Shown one piece after another: positions 45,401 to 60,400 of a stretch of 64,000 nucleotides of DNA. This DNA comes from Eledone cirrhosa (taxonomy: Eukaryota), in the NCBI GenBank assembly GCA_964016885.1, contig OZ024743.1:142600001-142664000 (forward strand), written 5' to 3'. Position numbers and translations under genes: made by a program. Position 1 is the first letter of the stretch, and each line of letters opens with the position of its first letter. The notes under the pieces were generated by a model that was given only the letters and a program-made list of their open reading frames with translations, searched no databases and was not told the origin of the DNA.

Positions 45401-48400
45401 AGCACCAAACACCAAACCCCAAGCACCAAACACCAAACCCAAAGAACCAAGCACCAAACGCTAATCACCAAGCACCAAGCACCAAACATCAAGCACCAAG
45501 CACCAAGCACCAGGCACCAAGCACCAAGCACCAAACACTAATCACCAAGCACCAAACACCAACCACCAAACACCAAGCACCAAGCCCCAAGCGCCAAACA
45601 CCAGGCACCAAGCACCAAATACCAAACACCAAGCACCAAAGACCAAGCACCAAGCACCAAGCACCAAGCACCAAACCATAAGCACCAAGCACCAAGCACC
45701 AAACACCAAACACCAACCACCCAGCACCAAGCACCAAGCACCAAACACCAAGCACCAAACACCAAACACCAAACACTAAGCACCAAACACCAAGCACCAA
45801 ACACCAAACACTAAGTCCCACGCACCAAGCACCAAACACCAAACAGCAAGCACCAAGCACCAAACACCAAGCATCAAGCACCAAGCCCCTAGCAGCAAAC
45901 ACCAAACACCAAGCACCAAGCACAAAACACCAAGCACCAAACACCAAACACTAAGTCCCACGCACCAAGCACCAAACACCAAACAGCAAGCACCAAGCAC
46001 CAAACACCAAGCATCAAGCACCAAGCCCCTAGCAGCAAACACCAAACACCAAGCACCAAGCACAAAACACCAAGCACCAATCACCAAGCACCAAACACCA
46101 AGCAGCAAGCAGCAAGCACCAAACACCAAACACCAAGCACGAAGCACCAAACACCAAACAACAAGCACCAAGGACCAAACATCAAACACCAAGCACCAAG
46201 CACCAAACACCTAACACGAAGCATCAAGCACCAAGCACCAAGCACCAAACACCAAGCACCAAACACCAAGCACCAAGCACCAAGTACCAAACACCAAACA
46301 CCAAGCACCAAGCACCAAACACCAAGCACCAAACACCAAACCCCAAGCACCAATCACCAAACACTAATCACCAAGCACCAAGCACCAAACACCAAGCACC
46401 AAGCACCAAGCACCAAACACCAAACACCAAACACCAAGCACCAAGCACCAAACACCAAACACCAAACACCAAGCACCAAGCACCAGGCACCAAGGACCAA
46501 ACACCAGGCACCAAGCACCAAGCACCAAACACCAAGCACCAAGCACCAAACACCCAGCACCAAGCACCAAGCACCAAACACCAAGCACCAAGCACCAAAC
46601 ACCAAACACCAAACACCAAGCACCAAGCACCAAACAGCAAGCACCAAACACCAAACACCAAACAGCAAACACCAAACAGCAAACACCAAACACCAAACAG
46701 CAAACAGCAAACGCCAAACACCAAACACCAAGCACCAAGCACCAAACACCAAGCACCAAGCACCAAACACCAAGCACCAAGCACCAAGCACCAAACACCA
46801 AGCACCAAGCACCAAACACCAAACCCCAAGCACCAAACACCAAACCGCAAGCACCAAGCACCAAACACTAATCACCAAGCACCAAGCACCAAACAACAAG
46901 CACCAAGCACCAAGCAGCAGGCACCAAGCACCAAGCACCAAACACAAAACACCAAGCACCAAGCACCAAGCAGCAAACAGCAAGCATCAAACACCAAACA
47001 CCAAACACCAAGCACCAAACACCAAGCACCAAGCACCAAACACCAAACACCAAGCACCAAGCACCAAACACCAAACATCAAGCACCAAACACCAGATACC
47101 AAGCACCAAGCACCAAACGCCAAACACCAAACACCAAGCACCAAGCACCAAGCTCCAAATACCAAACACCAAGCACCAAACACCAAACACCAAGCACGCA
47201 GCATCAAACACCAAGCACCAAACACCAAGCACCAAGCACCAAGCACCAAGTACCAAACACCAAACACCAAGCACCAAACACCAGACACCAAGCACCAAGC
47301 ACCAAGCACGAAACACCAGGCACCAAGCACCAAACACCAAACTCCAAACACCAAGCACCAAACACCAGCCACCAAGCACCAAGCACCAAACACCAAACAC
47401 CAACCACTAAGCACCAAACACCAAACAACAAGCACCAGGCACCAAGCACCAAGCACCAAACTCCAAACACCAAGCACCAATTACCAAACTCCAAGCACCA
47501 AGCACCAAACACCAAACCCCAAGCACCAAACACCAAACACCAAGCACCAAGCACCAAACACCAAGCACCAAGCAGCAAGCACCAAGCACCAAACACCAAA
47601 CCCCAAGCACCAAACACCAAACCGCAAGCACCAAGCACCAAACACTAATCACCAAGTACCAAGCACCAAACACAAAACACCAAGCACCAAGCACCAAGCA
47701 CCAAACACCAAGCACCAAGCACCAAGCACCAAACACCAAATACCAAACACCAAGCACCAAGAACCAAACACCAAACACCAAACAGCAAGCACCAAGCACC
47801 AAACACCAAGCAGCAAACACCAAACCCCAAGCACCAAACACCAAGCACCAAGCACCAAGCACCAAACACCAAACACCAAACACTAAGCACCAAGAACCAA
47901 ACACCAAACACCAAACAGCAAGCACCAAGCACCAAGCACCAAGCACCAAACACCAAGCACCAAGCACCAAGCACCAAGCACCAAACACTAATCACCAAGC
48001 ACCAAGCACCAAACACCAAGCACCAAGCAGCAAGCACCAAACACCAAGCACCAAGCACCAAGCACCAAACACCAAGCACCAAGCACCAAAGACCAAAACC
48101 CAAGCACCAAAGACCAAGCACCAAGCACCAAGGACCAAACACCAAGCACCAAGCACCAAGCACCAAACACCAAGCACCAAGCACCAAACACCCAGCACCA
48201 AGCACCAAGCACCAAACACCAAGCACCAAACACCAAACACCTAGCACCAAGCACCAAACAGCAAGCACCAAACACCAAACACCAAACAGCAAACACCAAA
48301 CAGCAAACACCAACCACCAAACAGCAAACAGCAAACGCCAAACACCAAGCACCAAGCACCAAGCACCAAACACCAAGCACCAAGCACCAAGCACACAACA

Positions 48401-51400
48401 CCAAACACCAAGCACCAAGGACCAAACATCAAACACCAAGCACCAAGCACCAAACACCAAACACCAAGCACCAAGCACCAAGCACCAAGCACCGAACACC
48501 AAGCACCAAACAACAAGCACCAAACACCAAGCACCAAACACCAAACACCAAGCACCCGGCACCAAGCACCAAACACCAAGCACCAAACACCAAGCACCAA
48601 ACACCAAGTCCCACGCACCAAGCACCAAACACCAAACACCAAGCACCAAGCACCAAACAGCAAGCACCAAACAGCAAACAGCAAACAGCAAACACCAAAC
48701 ACCAAACAACAAGCACCAAGCACCAAACACCAAGCACCAAGCACCAAACACCGAGCACCAAGCACCAAGCACCAAACCCCAAGCACCAAACACCAAACCG
48801 CAAGCACCAAGCACCAAACACTAATCACCAAGCACCAAGCACCAAACAACAAGCACCAAGCACCAAGCACCAGGCACCAAGCACCAATCACCAAACACAA
48901 AACACCAAGCACCAAACACCAAACATCAAGCACCAAACACCAGATACCAAGCACCAAGCACCAAGCACCAAACACCAAACACCAAGCACCAAGCGCCAAA
49001 CACCATACAACAAGCACCAGGCACCGAGCTCCAAACGCCAAACAGCAAGCACCAAGCACCAAACACCAAACACCAAGCAGGCAGCATCAAATACCAAGCA
49101 CCAAACACCAAGCACCAAGCACCAAGCACCAAGTACCAAACACCAAACACCAAGCACCAAACACCAAACACCAAGCACCAAGCACCAAGCACGAAACACC
49201 AGGCACCAAGCACCAAGCACCAAACTCCAAACACCAAGCACCAAACACCAGCCACCAAGCACCAAGCACCAAACACCAAACACCAAGCACTAAGCACCAA
49301 ACACCAAACAACAAGCACCAGTCACCAAGCACCGAACACCAAACACCAAGCACGCAGCACCAAACACCAAGCACGAAGCACCAAGCACCAAACACCAAGC
49401 ACCAAGCACCAAGCACCAAACACCAAACACCAAACACCAAGCACCAAGAACCAAACACCAAACACCAAACAGCAAGCACTAAGCACCAAACACCAAGCCC
49501 CAAACACCAGACCCCAAGCACCAATCACCAAACACTACTCACCAAGCACCAAGCACCAAACACCAAGCACCAAGCAGCAAGCACCAAACACCAAGCACCA
49601 AGCACCAAGCACCACGCACCAAACAACAAGCACCAAGCACCAAACACCAAAACCCAAACACCAAAGACCAAGCACGAAGCACCAAGGACCAAACACCAAG
49701 CACCAAGCACCAAGCACCAAACACCAAGCACCAAGCACCAAACACCAAACACCAAACAGCAAACACCAAACAGCAAACACCAAACACCAAACAGCAAACA
49801 GCAAACGCCAAACACCAAGCACCAAGCACCAAGCACCAAACACCAAGCACCAAGCACCAAGCACACAACACCAGACACCAAGCACCAAGGACCAAACATC
49901 AAACACCAAGCACCAAGCACCAAACACCAAACACCAAGCACCAAGCACCAAGCACCAAGCACCGAACACCAAGTACCAAACACCAAGCACCAAACACCAA
50001 GCACCAAACACCAAACACCAAGCACCAGGCACCAAGCACCAAACACCAAGCACCAAACACCAAGCACCAAACACCAAGTCCCACGCACCAAGCACCAAAC
50101 ACCAAACACCAAGCACCAAACACCAAGCACCAAGCACCAAGTCCCTAGCACCAAACACCAAGCAGCAAGCAGCAAGCACCAAACACCAAACACCAAGCAC
50201 CAAGCTCCAAATACCAAACACCAAGCACCAAGGACCAAACATCAAACACCAAGCACCAAGCACCAAACGCCTAACACCAAGAACCAAGCACCAAGCACCA
50301 AGCACCAAACACAAAGCACCAATCACCAAACACCAAACACCAAACACCAAACACCAAGCACCAAGCACCAAACACCAAGCACCAAACTCCAAACACAAAA
50401 CACCAAGCACCAAGCAGCAAGCACCAAACACCAAACACCAAGCACCAAGCACCAAACACCAAACACCAAGCACCAAGAACCTAACATCAAACACCAATCA
50501 CCAAGCACCAAACACCTAACACCAAGCACCAAGCACCAAGCACCAAGCACCAAACACCAAGCACCAAACACAAAGCACCAAGCACCAAACACCAAGCACC
50601 AAGCACCAAACACCAAGCACCAAGCGCCAAGCACCAAACACCAAGCACCAAACACTAAGCACCAAACACCAAGCCCCAAGCACAAAGCACCAAACACCAA
50701 ACACCAAGCACCAAGCACCAAACACCAAGCACAAAACACCAAGCACCAAGCACCAAACACTAATCACCAAGCACCAAGCACCAAACACCAAACACCAAGC
50801 ATCAAAGACCAAGCACCAAGCACCAAGCACCAAGCACCAAACAATAAGCACCAATCACCAAGCACCAAACACCAAACCCCAACCACCCAGCACCAAGCAC
50901 CAAGCACCAAACACCAAGCACCAAACACCATACACCAAACACCAAGCACCAAGCACCAAGCACCAAACAGCAAGCACCAAGCACCAAACACCAAGCATCA
51001 AGCACCAAGCCCCTAGCACCAAACACCAAGCACCAAGCATAAAACACCAAGCACCAATCACCAAGCACCAAACACCAAGCAGCAAACAGCAAGCACCAAA
51101 CACCAAACACCAAGCACCAAGCACCAAACACCAAACAACAAGCACCAAGGACCAAACATCAAACACCAAGCACCAAGCACCAAACACCTAACACCAAGCA
51201 CCAAGCACCAAGCACCAAACACCAAACAACAAGCCCCAGGCACCAAGCACCAAACACCAAACACCAAGCACGCAGCACCAAACACCAAGCACCAAGCACC
51301 AAGCACCAAACACCAATCACCAAGCACCAAGCACCAAATACCAAACACCAAGCACCAAGAACCAAACACCAAACACCAAACAGCAAGCACCAACCACCAA

Positions 51401-54400
51401 ACACCAAGCACCAAACACCAAACCCCAAGCACCAATCACCAAACACTAATCACCAAGCACCAAGCACCAAACACCCAGCACCAAACACCAAACAGCAAGC
51501 ACCACGCACCAAACACCAAACACCAAGCACCAAGCTCCAAATACCAAACACCAAGCACCAAGGACCAAACATCAAACACCAAGCACCAAGCACCAAACGC
51601 CTAACACCAAGCACCAAGCACCAAGCACCAAACACCCAGCACCAAACACCAAACAGCAAGCAGGAAGCACCAAACACCAAACACCAAGCACCAAGCTCCA
51701 AATACCAAACACCAAGCACCAAGGACCAAACATCAAACACCAAGCACCAAGCACCAAACGCCTAACACCAAGCACCAAGCACCAAGCACCAAACACCAAA
51801 CACCAAGCACCAAGAACCAAACACTAAACACCAAACAGCAAGCACCAAGCACCAAGCACCAGGCACCAAACACCAAGCACCAAGCACCAAGCACCAAGCA
51901 CCAAACACCAAGCACCAAGCACCAAACACCCAGCACCAAACACCAAACAGCAAGCACCACGCACCAAACACCAAGCCCCCAAACACCAAACCCCAAGCAC
52001 CAATCACCAAACACTAATCACCAAGCACCAAGCACCAAACACCAAGCGCCAAGCAGCAAGCACCAGACACCAAGCACCAAGCACCAAGCACCAAACACCA
52101 AGCACCAAGCAACAAACACCAAAACCCAAGCACCAAAGACCAAGCACCAAGCACCAAGGACCAAACACCAAGCACCAAGCACCAAGCACCAAACACCAAG
52201 CACCAAGCACCAAACACCCAGCACCAAGCACCAAGCACCAAACACCAAGCACCAAGCAGCAAACACCAAGCATCAAACACCAAACACCAAACACCAAGCA
52301 CCAAACACCAAGCACCAAGCACCAAACACCAAACACCAAGCACCAAGCACCAAACACCAAACATCAAGCACCAAACACCAGATACCAAGCACCAGGCACC
52401 AAACGCCAAACACCAAACACCAAGCACCAAGCACCAAACACCAAACAACAAGCACCAGGCACCAAGCTCCAAATACAAAACACCAAGCACCAAGCACCAA
52501 ACACCAAACACCAAGCACGCAGCATCAAACACCAAGCACCAAACACCAAGCACCAAGCACCAAGCACCAAGTACCAAACACCAAACACCAAGCACCAAAC
52601 ACCAGACACCAAGCACCAAGCACCAAGCACGAAACACCAGGCACCAAGCACCAAACACCAAACTCCAAACACCAAGCACCAAACACCAGCCACCAAGCAC
52701 CAAGCACCAAACACCAAACACCAACCACTAAGCACCAAACACCAAACAACAAGCACCAGGCACCAAGCACCAAGCACCAAACTCCAAACACCAAGCACCA
52801 AGCACCAAACTCCAAGCACCAAGCACCAAACACCAAACCCCAAGCACCAAACACCAAACACCAAGCACCAAGCACCAAGCACCAAGCAGCAAGCACCAAG
52901 CACCAAACACCAAACCCCAAGCACCAAACACCAAACCGCAAGCACCAAGCACCAAAAACTAATCACCAAGTACCAAGCACCAAACACAAAACACCAAGCA
53001 CCAAGCACCAAGCACCAAACACCAAGCACCAAGCACCAAGCACCAAAGACCAAATACCAAACACCAAGCACCAAGAACCAAACACCAAACACCAAACAGC
53101 AAGCACCAAGCACCAAACACCAAGCACCAAACACCAAACCCCAAGCACCAAACACCAAGCACCAAGCACCAAGCACCAAACACCAAACACCAAACACCAA
53201 GCACCAAGAACCAAACACCAAACACCAAACAGCAAGCACCAAGCACCAAGCACCAAGCACCAAACACCAAGCACCAAGCACCAAGCACCAAGCACCAAAC
53301 ACCAAGCACCAAGCACCAAACACCCAGCACCAAACACCAAACAGCAAGCACCAAGCACCGAACACCAAGCCCCAAACACCAAACCCCAAGCACCAATCAC
53401 CAAACACTAATCACCAAGCACCAAGCACCAAACACCAAGCACCAAGCAGCAAGCACCAAACACCAAGCACCAAGCACCAAGCACCAAACACCAAGCACCA
53501 AGCACCAAAGACCAAAACCCAAGCACCAAAGACCAAGCACCAAGCACCAAGGACCAAACACCAAGCACCAAGCACCAAGCACCAAACACCAAGCACCAAG
53601 CACCAAACACCCAGCACCAAGCACCAAGCACCAAACACCAAGCACCAAAGACCAAACACCAAGCACCAAGCACCAAACAGCAAGCACCAAACACCAAACA
53701 CCAAACAGCAAACACCAAACAGCAAACACCAACCACCAAACAGCAAACAGCAAACGCCAAACACCAAGCACCAAGCACCAAGCACCAAACACCAAGCACC
53801 AAGCACCAAGCACACAACACCAAACACCAAGCACCAAGGACCAAACATCAAACACCAAGCACCAAGCACCAAACACCAAACACCAAGCACCAAGCACCAA
53901 GCACCAAGCACCGAACACCAAGCACCAAACAACAAGCACCAAACACCGAGCACCAAACACCAAACACCAAGCACCCGGCACCAAGCACCAAACACCAAGC
54001 ACCAAACACCAAGCACCAAACACCAAGTCCCACGCACCAAGCACCAAACACCAAACACCAAGCACCAAGCACCAAACAGCAAGCACCAAACAGCAAACAG
54101 CAAACAGCAAACACCAAACACCAAACACCAAGCACCAAGCACCAAACACCAAGCACCAAGCACCAAACACCAAGCACCAAGCACCAAGCACCAAACCCCA
54201 AGCACCAAACACCAAACCGCAAGCACCAAGCACCAAACACTAATCACCAAGCACCAAGCACCAAACAACAAGCACCAAGCACCAAGCACCAAGCACCAAA
54301 CAGCAAGCACCAAACACCAAACACCAAACAGCAAACAGCAAACAGCAAACACCAACCACCAAACAGCAAACAGCAAACGCCAAACACCAAGCACCAAGCA

Positions 54401-57400
54401 CCAAGCACCAAACACCAAGCACCAATCACCAAGCACACAACACCAAACACCAAGCACCAAGGACCAAACATCAAACACCAAGCACCAAGCACCAAACACC
54501 AAACACCAAGCACCAAGCACCAAGCACCAAGCACCGAACACCAAGCACCAAACAACAAGCACCAAACATCAAGCACCAAACACCAAACACCAAGCACCCG
54601 GCACCAAGCACCAAACACCAAGCACCAAACACCAAGTCCCACGCACCAAGCACCAAACACCAAACACCAAGCACCAAGCACCAAACACGAAACACCAAGC
54701 ACCAAGCCCCTAGCACCAAACACCAAGCAGCAAGCAGCAAGCACCAAACACCAAACACCAAGCACCAAGCACCAAACACCAAACACCAAGCACCAAGCAC
54801 AAAATACCAAACACCAAGCACAATGGACCAAACATCAAACACCAAGCACCAAGTACCAAACGCCTAACACCAAGCACCAAGCACCAAGCACCAAGCACCA
54901 AACACCAAGCACCAATCACCAAACACCAAACACCAAGCACCGAACACCAAGCACCAGGCACCAAACACCAAACACCAAGCACCAAGCACCAAACACCAAA
55001 CACCAAGACCGAAGCACCAAACACCAAGCACCAAAGTCCAAACACAAAACACCAATCACCAAGCAGCAAGCACCAAACACCAAACACCAAGCACCAAACA
55101 CCAAACACCAAGCACCAAGTACCAAGCACGAAACACCAGGCACCAAGCACCAAGCACCAAACTGCAAACACCAAGCACCAAGCACCAGCCACCAAGCACC
55201 AAGCACCAAACACCAAGCACCAAGCACTAAGCACCAAACACCAAACAACAAGCCCCAGGCACCAAGCACCAAACACCAAACACCAAGACCGAAGCACCAA
55301 ACACCAAACACCAAGCACCAAGAACCTAAAATCAAACACCAATCACCAAGCACCAAACACCTAACACCAAGAACCAAGCACCAAGCACCAAGCACCAAAC
55401 ACCAAGCACCAAACACAAAGCACCAAGCGCCAAACACCAAGCACCAAGCACCAAACACCAAGCACCAAGCACCAAACACCAAACCCCAAGCACCAAACAC
55501 CAAACCCAAAGCACCAAGCACCAAACACTAATCACCAAGCACCAAGCACCAAACATCAAGCACCAAGCACCAAGCACCAGGCACCAAGCACCAAGCACCA
55601 AACACTAATCACCAAGCACCAAACACCAAGCACCAAACACCAAGCACCAAGCACCAAGCGCCAAACACCAGGCCCCAAGTACCAAACACCAAACACCAAG
55701 CACCAAAGACCAAGCACCAAGCACCAAGCACCAAGCACCAAACAATAAGCACCAAGCACCAAGCACCAAACACCAAACACCAACCACCCAGCACCAAGCA
55801 CCAAGCACCAAACACCAAGCACCAAACAACAAGCACCAAGCACCATCACCAGGCACCAAGCACCAAGCACCAAACACTAATCACCAAGCACCAAGCACCA
55901 AGCACCAAGCACCAAACACCAAGCACCAAGCACCAAGCGCCAAACACCAAGCACCAAGCACCAAACACCAAACACCAAGCACCAAACACCAAGCCCCAAG
56001 CACTAAGCACCAAACACCAAACACCAAGCACCAAGCACCAAACACCAAGCACCAAACACCAAGCACCAAACACCAAACACTAAGTCCCACGCACCAAGCA
56101 CCAAACACCAAACAGCAAGCACCAAGCACCAAACACCAAGCATCAAGCACCAAGCCCCTAGCACCAAACACCAAACGCCAAGCACCAAGCACAAAACACC
56201 AAACAACAAGCACCAAGGACCAAACACCTAACACCAAGCACCAAGCACCAAGCACCAAGCACCAATCACCAAACACCAAGCACCAAACACCAAGCACCAA
56301 GTACCAAACACCAAACACCAAACACCAAACACCAAACACCAAGCACCAAGCACCAAGCACGAAACACCAGGCACCAAGCACCAAGCACCAAACTCCAAAC
56401 ACCAAGCACCAAGCACCAGCCACCAAGCACCAAGCACCAAGCACCAATCACCAAACACTAATCACCAAGCACCAAGCACCAAACACCAAGCACCAAGCAC
56501 CAAGCACCAAACACCAAACACCAAACACCAAGCACCAAGAACCAAACACCAAACACCAAACAGCAAGCACCAATCACCAAGCACCAAGCACCAAGGACCA
56601 AACACCAAGCACCAAGCACCAAGCACCAAACAGCAAGCACCAAGCACCAAACACCAAGCACCAAACACCAAACCCCAAGCACCAATCACCAAACACTAAT
56701 CACCAAGCACCAAGCACCAAACACCAAGCACCAAGCACCAAGCACCAAACACCAAACACCAAACACCAAGCACCAAGAACCAAACACCAAACACCAAACA
56801 GCAAGCACCAAGCACCAAGCACCAAGCACCAAGCACCAAGCACCAAGCACCAAACACCAAGCACCAATCACCAAACAACAAACACCAAGCACCGAACACC
56901 AAGCACCAGGCACCAAACACCAAACACCAAGCACCAAGCACCAAACACCAAACACCAAGACCGAAGCACCAAACACCAAGCACCAAAGTCCAAACACAAA
57001 ACACCAATCACCAAGCAGCAAGCACCAAACACCAAACACCAAGCACCAGGCACCAAGCACCAAGCACCAAACACCAAGCACCAAACACCAAGCACCAAGC
57101 ACCAAGCGCCAAACACCAGGCCCCAAGTACCAAACACCAAACACCAAGCACCAAAGACCAAGCACCAAGCACCAAGCACCAAGCACCAAACAATAAGCAC
57201 CAAGCACCAAGCACCAAACACCAAACACCAACCACCCAGCACCAAGCACCAAGCACCAAACACCAAGCACCAAACAACAAGCACCAAGCAACAAGCACCA
57301 GGCACCAAGCACCAAGCACCAAACACTAATCACCAAGCACCAAGCACCAAGCACCAAGCACCAAACACCAAGCACCAAGCACCAAGCGCCAAACACCAAG

Positions 57401-60400
57401 CACCAAGCACCAAACACCAAACACCAAGCACCAAACACCAAGCCCCAAGCACTAAGCACCAAACACCAAACACCAAGCACCAAGCACCAAACACCAAGCA
57501 CCAAACACCAAGCACCAAACACCAAACACTAAGTCCCACGCACCAAGCACCAAACACCAAACAGCAAGCACCAAGCACCAAACACCAAGCATCAAGCACC
57601 AAGACCCTAGCACCAAACACCAAACGCCAAGCACCAAGCACAAAACACCAAACAACAAGCACCAAGGACCAAACACCTAACACCAAGCACCAAGCACCAA
57701 GCACCAAGCACCAATCACCAAACACCAAGCACCAAACACCAAGCACCAAGCACCAAGTACCAAACACCAAACACCAAACACCAAACACCAAACACCAAGC
57801 ACCAAGCACCAAGCACGAAACACCAGGCACCAAGCACTAAGCACCAAACTCCAAACACCAAGCACCAAGCACCAGCCACCAAGCACCAAGCACCAAACAC
57901 CAAACACCAAGCACTAAGCACCAAACACCAAACAACAAGCCCCAGGCACCAAGCACCAAACACCAAACACCAAGCACGCAGCACCAAACACCAAGCACCA
58001 AGCACCAAGCACCAAACACCAAGCACCAAGCACCAAGCACCAAACAGCAAGCACCAAGCACCAAACACCAAGCACCAAACACCAAACCCCAAGCACCAAT
58101 CACCAAACACTAATCACCAAGCACCAAGCACCAAACACCAAGCACCAAGCACCAAGCACCAAACACCAAACACCAAACACCAAGCACCAAGAACCAAACA
58201 CCAAACAGCAAGCACCAATCACCAAGCACCAAGCACCAAGGACCAAACACCAGGCACCAAGCACCAAGCACCAAACACCAAGCACCAAGCACCAAACACC
58301 CAGCACCAAGCACCAAGCACCAAACACCAAGCACCAAGCACCAAACACCAAACACCAAACACCAAGCACCAAGCACCAAACAGCAAGCACCAAACACCAA
58401 ACACCAAACAGCAAACACCAAACAGCAAACACCAAACACCAAACAGCAAACAGCAAATGCCAAACACCAAACACCAAGCACCAAGCACCAAACACCAAGC
58501 ACCAAGCACCAAACACCAAGCACCAAGCACCAAACACCAAGCACCAAGCACCAAACACCAAACCCCAAGCACCAAACACCAAACCGCAAGCACCAAGCAC
58601 CAAACACTAATCACCAAGCACCAAGCACCAAACAACAAGCACCAAGCACCAAGCAGCAGGCACCAAGCACCAAGCACCAAACACAAAACACCAAGCACCA
58701 AGCACCAAGCAGCAAACACCAAGCATCAAACACCAAACACCAAACACCAAGCACCAAACACAAAGCACCAAGCACCAAACGCCAAACACCAAACACCAAG
58801 CACCAAGCACCAAACACCAAACAACAAGCACCAGGCACCAAGCTCCAAATACCAAACACCAAGCACCAAGCACCAAACACCAAATACCAAGCACGCAGCA
58901 TCAAACACCAAGCACCAAACACCAAGCACCAAGCACCAAGCACCTAGTACCAAACACCAAACACCAAGCACCAAACACCAGACAGCAAGCACCAAGCACC
59001 AAGCACGAAACACCAGGCACCAAGCACCAAACACCAAACTCCAAACACCAAGCACCAAACACCAGCCACCAAGCACCAAGCACCAAACACCAAACACCAG
59101 GCAACAAGCACCAAGCACCAAACTCCAAACACCAAGCACCAAGCACCAAACTCCAAGCACCAAGCACCAAACACCAAACCCCATGCACCAAACACCAAAC
59201 ACCAAGCACCAAGCACCAAACACCAAGCACCAAGCAGCAAGCACCAAGCACCAAACACCAAACCCCAAGCACCAAACACCAAACCGCAAGCACCAAGCAC
59301 CAAACACTAATCACCAAGTACCAAGCACCAAACACAAAACACCAAGCACCAAGCACCAAACACCAAACACCAAGCACCAAGCACCAAGCACCAAACACCA
59401 AATACCAAACACCAAGCACCAAGAACCAAACACCAAACACCAAACAGCAAGCACCAAGCACCAAACACCAAGCACCAAACACCAAACCCCAAGCACCAAA
59501 CACCAAGCACCAAGCACCAAGCACCAAACACCAAACACCAAACACCAAGCACCAAGAACCAAACACCAAACACCAAACAGCAAGCACCAAGCACCAAGCA
59601 CCAAGCACCAAGGACCAAACACCAAGCACCAAGCACCAAGCACCAAACACCAAGCACCAAGCACCAAACACCCAGCACCAAACACCAAACAGCAAGCACC
59701 AAGCACCAAACACTAATCACCAAGCACCAAGCACCAAACACCAAGCACCAAGCAGCAAGCACCAAACACCAGGCACCAAGCACCAAGCACCAAACACCAA
59801 GCACCAAGCACCAAACACCAAAACCCAAGCACCAAAGACCAAGCACCAAGCACCAAGGACCAAACACCAAGCACCTAGCACCAAGCACCAAACACCAAGC
59901 ACCAAGCACCAAACACCCAGCACCAAGCACCAAGCACCAAACACCAAGCACCAAACACCAAACACCAAGCACCAAGCACCAAACAGCAAGCACCAAACAC
60001 CAAACACCAAACAGCAAACACCAAACAGCAAACACCAACCACCAAACAGCAAACAGCAAACGCCAAACACCAAGCACCAAGCACCAAGCACCAAACACCA
60101 AGCACCAAGCACCAAGCACACAACACCAAACACCAAGCACCAAGGACCAAACATCAAACACCAAGCACCAAGCACCAAACACCAAACACCAAGCACCAAG
60201 CACCAAGCACCAAGCACCGAACACCAAGCACCAAACAACAAGCACCAAACATCAAGCACCAAACACCAAACACCAAGCACCCGGCACCAAGCACCAAACA
60301 CCAAGCACCAAACACCAAGCACCAAACACCAAGTCCCACGCACCAAGCACCAAACACCAAACACCAAGCACCAAGCACCAAACATGAAACACCAAGCACC

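Noticed and set aside
58457-59716. Longest ORF (419 aa, + strand, mucin-like PSTKHQA repeats)
   Set aside because: The ATG comes from a single private substitution (tgccaaa where paralogs have cgccaaa). It has no signal peptide, no non-repetitive domain and no codon-position-specific constraint.
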